DNA from: an uncultured bacterium
GTDB lineage: Bacteria > Eisenbacteria > RBG-16-71-46
Reading direction: 5' to 3'
Length of the DNA stretch: 64,000 bases
Assembly: GCA_964655175.1 (NCBI GenBank)
Contig: CAZZLY010000001.1
Span: 95,049-159,048, forward strand
Below the pieces are notes generated by a model. It was not told the DNA's origin. It was given only the letters and a program-made list of their open reading frames with translations, and did no database searches. How positions within the stretch are numbered: the stretch's first letter is position 1; every line of letters starts with the position of its first letter. Made by a program: the position numbers and the translations under genes. This document shows, piece by piece, positions 47,743 to 54,981 of this stretch.

Positions 47743-48085
47743 GACCTGCTGAACACGTCCTCGGGCTCGGAAGGACGGGCTCCCCCGCGGATCGCACAGG
47801 GCTCGCCGGCGGAACCGAGGGATGCGGGGCGGGGGGCGTCCACAGCGCGGCTTGAGCCGATGTCCGTCGCAGCGTCGCCCGCCGTGAAGGGCGGGCGAGC
47901 GGGTCCGGGTTGCCGATGCGAACCTGCAATCGGGCATTGAATCCCGGTCCTCGTCCTCTTTATTATCGGGGGCGGACTTTGTTCGTAGCACCCTCCGGCA
48001 CACTGCTCCTCGCTCATGCGCGCCCGGCCGGGCCCTGGTCGCGTCATGCTCCGTTCCATGCACGGCCCCCGGGAGACCCGCATCC

Positions 48086-50551
48086 ATGAAGAGGCTACTC
48101 GCCCTCCTTCTCGTCGCGCTGGCGTGTTCGTTCGCCGCTCAGGCGCAGGCCGCGACGCCGCAGACCATCGTCGTGGACGGTGTCAACGACTTCCTGCCGG
48201 GCAACCTGCTCAAGGACGATCGAGCGGACACGCAGAGCAACTGCGGCGTCGGCATCTACCCGATGGATCTGGGTCGCGTGTACGTCACGAACGACGCCAA
48301 CTTCCTGTACGTCGGCATCGAGTTCTCGAAGACGTGCTACTGCGACATGAACCTCGGTATGGCGATCGACGTCGGCACCGCGACCGGCGGCACCACGGAT
48401 GCCTTCGGTCGCAAGATCGGTTGGGCCAACGTGCCGTTCAAGCCGGATTGGTACCTCTACGACGTGACGCCGACGAACTGCAACTCGTTCAACTACGAGG
48501 CGATCTACCGCGACACGCTCGGCACGTGGCAGAACCGCTCGAGCCTGTTCAACCCCTCGTACAGCACCGGTGCCAACGGTCTGGGCATCGTGGACTCGCT
48601 CAACTTCAAGGAGTTCAAGCTCCCGCTCGCCACGCTCGGGGCGCCCGCGGGCACGGCGATGCACCTGGAGTTCTGGGTCACGCAGGACAGCCCCACGAAG
48701 GGCCCGCTCGACGCGCTGAGCAGCGACAACGTCCAGATGTCGCGTGCGACGACGACCACTTACGACACGACCGCTGTGGTGCAGATGACGAGCATGATCA
48801 CCTACACCGTGCTCAACGCCACCGACAACGCGCCGCCGACGCTGCTCTCGGCGGAGGCGGTGGGCTTCGCGGTGCAGGCCAACAAGCAGTTCGGCCTGCT
48901 CACCACCAAGGTGGACGTCAAGTTCAGCGAGCCCGTCGATCTGACGAGCGCCCAGACCGCGGCCAACTACGCGTACTCCGGTCCGGCGCCCGCGCGCACG
49001 ATCACGAGCGCGGTGCGTGATGCCGCCGCGCCGGACATCGTGCATCTCACGCTGAGCACGCCGATCACCGCCAACGCCGCCGCGTTCGGGATCACGGCGT
49101 CGAACGTGAAGGACGTCGCCAACAACACGATCGTGGCGAACGGCGTGACCAACAAGGCGCAGTTCTTCCTGCAGAACCTGCAGTTCAACGGCAACTTCGC
49201 GCTGGGCCTGTGCAGCGGTGCGTTCACGGCCGCCGACACGTTCGCGGTCGAGGGTAGCCTCGCGCCGCTCACGTTCGGCCTCTGCGACAACGGCCTCATG
49301 TACGACGCCAACGCGGACTCGGTCTACACGCTGTCGGTGCCGTTCTCGCTGTCGCTCAACCGGGCGACGGGCAAGGGCGAGGCCGATCTCGAGTGGAAGT
49401 TCAGCAACAAGTGCACCACCTACGAGTCGCTCGCCGGTAACCGCTTCTTCCACCTCACCAGCGACAGCGGCTCGACCGCCCGCATCACGGCCGCCTGGAA
49501 CAACGACGACCCCGCGAACTACACCTCGCGTGCGGTGGACGTGATCTTCAAGGTCAACGCGGCGCTGCGGAACCCCGGTCCCGCCGACGTCATCACGCTG
49601 CTGGGGGATCGCGGTCCGCTGTCGTTCAACCAGCCCGGCGTGGCGATGCTCGACAACGGCGTCGCGCCGGATGCGGTCGCGGGCGACAAGATCTACACGG
49701 CCCGCGTCACGTTCCCCAAGTGCTCGTTCCGCACCGTGGGCTGGAAGGTCGATTTCAACGGTTCGTTCGAGTGCGCCGGCCAGGGCAACCGCACCGTGTA
49801 TCTGAACGACGCGCTCTACAGCACGACGACGCCGATCGTGCTGCCCGCGCGCGGCATCGATCGCTGCGAGGTCACGGACAAGGCGCTCACCGTGGTGTTC
49901 TCGGTGCGGGCCGACCAGTTCTACCCGCCGTCGGGCCCCACGGACACGCTGTCCATCCGGGGTGACGTGGCGCCGCTCGACTTCGGGACGGACGCGGTGA
50001 TCATGAAGGACGACGGTGCGGGTTACGACGCCCGCGCCAACGACGGCGTGTTCACCAAGGCCGTGACGTTCCCCGACTCGTCGCGCTTCAACGTCTCGTT
50101 CAAGTACTTCACGCTCGGTAACTTCGAGTGCGCGGGCTTCGGCAACCGCACGCTGACGCTCAACGACGTCACGATGGCGACGGCCACGCCGCTCGTTCGT
50201 CTGCAGGACGTGTTCGACTACTGTTCGGACCTCGCGGGCGTGGGCCCGGGCGTGCGCCCCGGCGATGCCGCGTCGTTCGCGGTGCTCCGTCCGGTGATGC
50301 CGAACCCGATCCGCCGCTCGGCGCGGTTCTCGTTCGAGCTCCACCGTCAGGGACGCGTCGCGCTCGACGTCTACGACGTCACCGGTCGTCGCGTGGCGCG
50401 CGTCGCCGAGATGGAACTGGCGCCGGGCGTGCACACCGTGGCGTGGGACGGCCGTGATTCCCGTGGCGTCCGCCTCGGAGCCGGCCTGTACGTCTACCAG
50501 CTGTCCATGGGCGGGGAGCGCGTCTCGAGCCGCCTGATCGTCACCCAGTGA
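48086..50551 (+). CDS. Secreted protein with CBM9/DOMON-like N-domain, three CBM20-like starch-binding repeats and C-terminal FlgD-Ig/T9SS-type sorting domain
   Basis: Signal peptide MKRLLALLLVALACSFAAQAQA; three repeats containing …G(D/S)..PL.FG…DG…D…YT…V.F…W/FKx.F…E(C/S)…GNR… (CBM20-like); C-terminal …VALDVYDVTGRRVARV…VAWDGRDSRG…GLYVYQL…. Confidence 0.75.
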   Translation: MKRLLALLLVALACSFAAQAQAATPQTIVVDGVNDFLPGNLLKDDRADTQSNCGVGIYPMDLGRVYVTNDANFLYVGIEFSKTCYCDMNLGMAIDVGTATGGTTDAFGRKIGWANVPFKPDWYLYDVTPTNCNSFNYEAIYRDTLGTWQNRSSLFNPSYSTGANGLGIVDSLNFKEFKLPLATLGAPAGTAMHLEFWVTQDSPTKGPLDALSSDNVQMSRATTTTYDTTAVVQMTSMITYTVLNATDNAPPTLLSAEAVGFAVQANKQFGLLTTKVDVKFSEPVDLTSAQTAANYAYSGPAPARTITSAVRDAAAPDIVHLTLSTPITANAAAFGITASNVKDVANNTIVANGVTNKAQFFLQNLQFNGNFALGLCSGAFTAADTFAVEGSLAPLTFGLCDNGLMYDANADSVYTLSVPFSLSLNRATGKGEADLEWKFSNKCTTYESLAGNRFFHLTSDSGSTARITAAWNNDDPANYTSRAVDVIFKVNAALRNPGPADVITLLGDRGPLSFNQPGVAMLDNGVAPDAVAGDKIYTARVTFPKCSFRTVGWKVDFNGSFECAGQGNRTVYLNDALYSTTTPIVLPARGIDRCEVTDKALTVVFSVRADQFYPPSGPTDTLSIRGDVAPLDFGTDAVIMKDDGAGYDARANDGVFTKAVTFPDSSRFNVSFKYFTLGNFECAGFGNRTLTLNDVTMATATPLVRLQDVFDYCSDLAGVGPGVRPGDAASFAVLRPVMPNPIRRSARFSFELHRQGRVALDVYDVTGRRVARVAEMELAPGVHTVAWDGRDSRGVRLGAGLYVYQLSMGGERVSSRLIVTQ

Positions 50552-50676
50552 TCCACCCGGCGTCGTCCGGGGCCGCGTGCCCCGGACGGCGTTCCGGTTC
50601 ATGCCGCACCGCTGTACGACCACGGCGGCCCGCTCGAGGTGGGCAGGCCGCTTCTTCGGACGAGGAGAACCCCATC

Positions 50677-51570
50677 ATGCGCAATGCGACCACGATCCTC
50701 GCGACCGGCCTGTTGCTGGCCTTCGCGGGCTCGGCGCTCGCGGCGACCGTCGACGGCACGCTCGACGGGGCCTACGGTGCCGCGCTGTCCACGCAGACCA
50801 CGCAGACCCAGTTCGGGGATGCCAACATCAGCCTGACCGACTACGCGAACGGCTCGGAGCTCGATGCCGCCTACGGTTACATCAGCGGCGGCGTGCTCTA
50901 CCTGTTCCTCGCGGGCAACCTCGAGTCGAACTTCAACAAGCTCGAGCTGTTCCTCGACACCAAGACGGGTGGGCAGAACCAGCTGCGCAGCGACAATCCG
51001 AACGTCGACTTCAACGGTCTCAACCGTCTCGCCGGCCTCAAGTTCGATGCCGCGTTCAGCCCGGATTACTACATCGGCTGGAGCGGTGGCTACGACGGCA
51101 GCGGCTACCGTCTGTTCGCCAACTGGGCCGAGCTCCTGACGGCCGGTGGCGGCGCGGGCAACTACCTCGGCAGCAACACCGCCGCGACCTCGGGCCCGCT
51201 GTCGGGCGGCACGAACCCGGACGGCATCGAGATCACGATCAACAACAGCAACGCCGGTGGCGTGGGCGGTGGCTGCTCGGCCGCCAGCGGCGCGGGCGTG
51301 AGCACGGGCGCGGAGTACGCGATCCCGCTGTCGGCGATCGGCAGCCCGTCGAGCGGCTGCATCAAGGTGCTCGCCGCCGTCAACGGCAGCGGTCACGACT
51401 ACTTCTCGAACCAGTTCGCGGCGCCGCTGCCGGCGGGCACCTGCAATCTGGGCGAGCCGTCGGTCGTGGACCTGTCGCAGATCGCGGGGGACCAGTACTT
51501 CCAGATCTGTCTGCAGACGGTGTCGGCCAAGAAGAGCACCTGGGGCAACGTGAAGTCGCTCTATCGGTGA
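50677..51570 (+). CDS. Secreted protein paralogous to N-terminal domain of 46240 and 48086 proteins (CBM9/DOMON-like); start ATG at 50677
   Basis: Signal peptide MRNATTILATGLLLAFAGSALA; …TVDGTLDGAYGAAL…GVLYLFLAGNLE…; GGAGAA RBS upstream; listed ORF begins earlier (50548) in non-coding leader. Confidence 0.6.
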   Translation: MRNATTILATGLLLAFAGSALAATVDGTLDGAYGAALSTQTTQTQFGDANISLTDYANGSELDAAYGYISGGVLYLFLAGNLESNFNKLELFLDTKTGGQNQLRSDNPNVDFNGLNRLAGLKFDAAFSPDYYIGWSGGYDGSGYRLFANWAELLTAGGGAGNYLGSNTAATSGPLSGGTNPDGIEITINNSNAGGVGGGCSAASGAGVSTGAEYAIPLSAIGSPSSGCIKVLAAVNGSGHDYFSNQFAAPLPAGTCNLGEPSVVDLSQIAGDQYFQICLQTVSAKKSTWGNVKSLYR

Positions 51571-51592
51571 TCGACGTCGTTGGAACGTTAGA

Positions 51593-51621
51593 GCCCCCGG
51601 CGAGCGCGACTCGCCGGGGGC
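51593..51621. terminator. Bidirectional hairpin terminator between convergent genes
   Basis: GCCCCCGGCGAG-CGCGA-CTCGCCGGGGGC perfect 12-bp stem followed by TTCGTGTTG. Confidence 0.6.
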
Positions 51622-51646
51622 TTCGTGTTGCCGGGCGTCGTCCGGG

Positions 51647-52486
51647 TCAGCCCTTCACGGAGCCCAGGGACAGGCCGCTCACGATGGCCCGATTGAGCAC
51701 CACGAACAGCACCATCACCGGCACGCACACGATGAGCGAACCCGCCGCGTAGTTGGCCCATTCCGTCTGGAACTGGCCCGCCAGACTCTCGAGCCCGAGC
51801 GGCAGCGTGTACATGGGCTGCCGCGAGATGACGATGCGCGCGACCATGAACTCGCTCCAGGCGGCCATGAACGAGAACAGTGCGGTGATCGCGAGCGCGG
51901 GCGCCGCGAGCGGCAGCGTCACCTTGGTGAACGCCTGCCACGGGGTGCAGCCGTCCAGGAGCGCCGCCTGCTCGAGTTCGACGGGGATCGTCCGGTAGTA
52001 GCCGCGCATGGTCATGACGCAGAACGGCAGTGCGGTGGCGGTGTACGCCAGCGCCAGACCCGCGAACTGGTCCAACAGGTGCAGGGCGCGCAGCAGGACG
52101 TACAGCGGCAGCATGGTCATGGTGGCGGGGAACATCTGCGTGAGCAGGAACACGCTGATCATGGCGTTGCGGCCGCGGAACGAGAACCGGCTCAGCGCGT
52201 AAGCGGCCGTCGACGCGAGCGTGACCCCGAACAGCGTCACCGCGGCCGAGATCACGAACGAGTTGAACAGCCAGCGCAGGAACGGCTTCTCGAACAGCAT
52301 GACGCGATAGGCGTTGAGCGAGGCCCCGTTCGGGAGGAGCGCCAGCGAGGTCGAGTAGAGCTGGTCGTTGGGCCGCAGCGACACGGTCACGATCTGCAGG
52401 ATCGGGTACACGGTCGCGAACGTGAACAGGATCAGGAACGCGTGGACGAGCACGCGTCCGGGCGTCCAGCGCATGCGGTCGCTCAT
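51647..52486 (-). CDS. ABC sugar transporter permease (CUT1 family, MalG/UgpE-like)
   Basis: 6-TM permease with EAA-like loop (…QAALLDGCTPWQAFTKVTLPLAAPAL…); ATG at 52486 overlaps upstream permease stop (ATGA). Confidence 0.85.
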   Translation of the reverse strand: MSDRMRWTPGRVLVHAFLILFTFATVYPILQIVTVSLRPNDQLYSTSLALLPNGASLNAYRVMLFEKPFLRWLFNSFVISAAVTLFGVTLASTAAYALSRFSFRGRNAMISVFLLTQMFPATMTMLPLYVLLRALHLLDQFAGLALAYTATALPFCVMTMRGYYRTIPVELEQAALLDGCTPWQAFTKVTLPLAAPALAITALFSFMAAWSEFMVARIVISRQPMYTLPLGLESLAGQFQTEWANYAAGSLIVCVPVMVLFVVLNRAIVSGLSLGSVKG

Positions 52487-53370
52487 CGGGCCTCCGCGTC
52501 GTCGCCGGTGCGTCGCATGACGTACAGGACGAAGCCCAGCAGCAGCACGAACACGACCACGGACAGCGCGGCCGCGTAGGAATAGCGCGAGTAGGTGAAC
52601 GCCGCCTTGTAGATGTACGTCACCAGGATGTGCGTGTGGTCGGCCGGCATGCCGCCGTTCGAGACCAACCACACGACCAGCATGGAGTTGAACGTCCACA
52701 CCGTGCCCAGCAGGATCGCCGGCGTCATCGTGGGGGCGAGGCCCGGCAGCGTGATGCGCACCAGCTTGTCCCAGCCGCTCGCGCCGTCGAGTTCGGCCGC
52801 CTCGTACTGGTCGCGGGGGATGGCGGTGAGCCCGCCCAGGGCCACGACCATCATGAACGGGAAGCCCAGCCACAGGTTGGTGAGGATCGGCGCCACGAAC
52901 GCCCAGAACGGGTCCGAGAGCCATGGCACGGGCGGCAGGTGGAACCACTGCTGCAGGATCAGGTTCACCGCGCCGTACTCGTAGTTGAACATGCCGCGCC
53001 AGGTGAGTGCCGAGATGTACTGCGGCATGGCCCACGGCAGGATGAGCAGCGTGCGGAACCACGTGCGCCCCACGACGCGGCCGTTCAGCAGCAGCGCCAG
53101 CGCCACGCCCACGACCACGTGCCCGACCACGTTGACCACGGTCCAGACGAGCGACTTGCCCAACAGCTCGTAGAACACGGGCTCGCGCAGGATGGTCGCG
53201 AACTGCTGCAGACCCACGAACGTGTGGTCGCGGAACCGGTACAGGCTCATGTTCCGGAACGCGAGATGGAAGTTGTAGAGCAGGGGGAACAGCACGACGC
53301 CGAGCAGCACCAGTAGCGCGGGTGCCAGCAGCAACCACGGGAACCGCTTCGGCGCGCGCAGCAGACTCAC
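52483..53370 (-). CDS. ABC sugar transporter permease (CUT1 family, MalF/UgpA-like)
   Basis: …YEAAELDGASGWDKLVRITLPGLAPTM… EAA motif; GTG at 53370 overlaps SBP stop (GTGA); N-terminal 148 aa of listed ORF 52483..53817 are spurious. Confidence 0.85.
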   Translation of the reverse strand: MSLLRAPKRFPWLLLAPALLVLLGVVLFPLLYNFHLAFRNMSLYRFRDHTFVGLQQFATILREPVFYELLGKSLVWTVVNVVGHVVVGVALALLLNGRVVGRTWFRTLLILPWAMPQYISALTWRGMFNYEYGAVNLILQQWFHLPPVPWLSDPFWAFVAPILTNLWLGFPFMMVVALGGLTAIPRDQYEAAELDGASGWDKLVRITLPGLAPTMTPAILLGTVWTFNSMLVVWLVSNGGMPADHTHILVTYIYKAAFTYSRYSYAAALSVVVFVLLLGFVLYVMRRTGDDAEAR

Positions 53371-54596
53371 TGCTTCATCCCCGCGATCTGGGTGACGGCC
53401 GACGTCTGCATCTCCTTCGCGGCGGCAGCCGCGGTCGCCGAGCCGTTCATGACCTTCTGCAGACCCGGTCGCATGGTGTCCCAGATGACGCGCATCTCGG
53501 GGCGCACGGGCATGCGGCGGCCGAGTGCGTAGCCCTCCTGCGACGCCTTGAGCATCGGATCGTTCTGGATCGTCGCGTCGTTCCACGCGTCGCGGTGGCT
53601 CGGCAGGATGCCGAGCGTGGTGGCGTCCTTGAGCGTGGCTTCGGGGCCGGTCAGGTAGGTGACGAGTTCGATCACGGCCGGCAACGCGTCGTCCTTCACG
53701 TTGACGTTGATCGAGTAGCCCTTGCTCGCCGTCATGGGGTGCGCGCGCTCGCCGTTGGGCAGCGTCCAGATCGGGGCGATGCCCAGATCGATACCGGCCG
53801 CGCGATAGCCCGCCCACGACCAGGGCCCGTTGATGATCATCGCCGCCTTGCCCTCCTTGAAGAGCGTCTCGGCGATCTGGTAGTCGGACTCCTTGGGCAT
53901 GATGCCCTCGCGGTTCTTGAGCCCCGCGAGGTACTCGAGCGCCTGCGTCATGCCCGGCGTGTCCAGGGTCGGCGTGCCGTCGGCCGACATCACCCAGCCG
54001 CCGTAGCCCGCGAGGAACGGGGCGAGCCAGTAGGGCTCGGTCACGTTCATGGCGAAGCCGTAGCGCCCGCCGCCGGTGTTCGCCTTGGCGGCCTTGAGGA
54101 ACTCCTCATGTGTGGTGGGAGCGGACGGGACCAACGCCTTGTTGTAGCACAACATGAGGTGGTTCCCGACCTGATCCGGCGCGGCCCAGAGATGGCCGTT
54201 CAGGGTGTCGAGCGCCTGCGGCACGAAGCGCTCGAAGAAGCCCGTCGGCAGGGTCTCGTCGAGCGGCTTGAGCAGCTGCAGGAGCGACAGAGGCCCGACC
54301 TGGTCCGACGGTCCGAAGATCAGGTCGGGGCCCGAGCCGCCGGCCGCTGCGGTCTGGAACTGCTGGCGCAGGTTCTCGGTGTCGTAGGGCACCGCGGTCA
54401 CCTTGAGACCCGGATGGTCGGCCATGTAGCGCACGAGCGTCGAGTCGAGACGCGTGCGCTCGGCCGGGTCCATCTGCATCCACAGCACGATCTCCTGCGG
54501 TCCGGAGGACTTCTTCGGCGCCTTGCTGCACGAGGCGAGGGCGAGCACCGCCAGGGCGAGAACGAGGAGTCGCGGGGAGGGGACGAACGACCGCAT
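53367..54596 (-). CDS. ABC transporter periplasmic sugar-binding lipoprotein (maltose/maltodextrin-binding family)
   Basis: Lipobox …LALASCSKAPKK; family 1 solute-binding protein features. Confidence 0.85.
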   Translation of the reverse strand: MRSFVPSPRLLVLALAVLALASCSKAPKKSSGPQEIVLWMQMDPAERTRLDSTLVRYMADHPGLKVTAVPYDTENLRQQFQTAAAGGSGPDLIFGPSDQVGPLSLLQLLKPLDETLPTGFFERFVPQALDTLNGHLWAAPDQVGNHLMLCYNKALVPSAPTTHEEFLKAAKANTGGGRYGFAMNVTEPYWLAPFLAGYGGWVMSADGTPTLDTPGMTQALEYLAGLKNREGIMPKESDYQIAETLFKEGKAAMIINGPWSWAGYRAAGIDLGIAPIWTLPNGERAHPMTASKGYSINVNVKDDALPAVIELVTYLTGPEATLKDATTLGILPSHRDAWNDATIQNDPMLKASQEGYALGRRMPVRPEMRVIWDTMRPGLQKVMNGSATAAAAAKEMQTSAVTQIAGMKQ

Positions 54597-54696
54597 GGGG
54601 GCCTCCGTGCGGGACGTCGAGTCCCGCGGGGTGTCGTGCGCGGCCGACCGGACGGGGCCGGGACGGGCCCGGAACGTGGTCGACTTCGAGGAATCG

Positions 54697-54721
54697 TGTG
54701 ACGGCGCGGGGCAGGTTCACA
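54697..54721. promoter_or_regulatory. Palindrome TGTGA-N15-TCACA in divergent promoter region between sugar-binding protein gene and glnA(III)
   Basis: Perfect 5-bp inverted half-sites at 54697-54701 and 54717-54721, ~100 nt upstream of the SBP start. Confidence 0.2.
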
Positions 54722-54981
54722 GACGACGCGCGCCCATGCAAGCGGAAGAGGGGGGCCGGATTCCGGCGATGGACCCGGTCGCGGAAGGGGCCCGGCAGGA
54801 GGGCGGGCGGTGCCGGGGGCCGCAACGGGCTCAAGCGGCGCCGTGACCCCGGCCGATGCTTCCGTTACACTGTCCCGGTGGTGGTCGTGCGTGGGTCATT
54901 CCGACTCGCGACGGCCGCGTCCCGAGTCCCGATCCCGAGGGGTGGTTCCCACTCGTCGTGGTCAGAACCCAAGGAGTTCCC

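Noticed and set aside
47622-48087. ORFs of 150-153 aa on the minus strand in the large intergenic region
   Set aside because: Poor codon usage relative to neighbours, no RBS or signal; the region is better explained as a divergent promoter/operator region with an AT-rich core.
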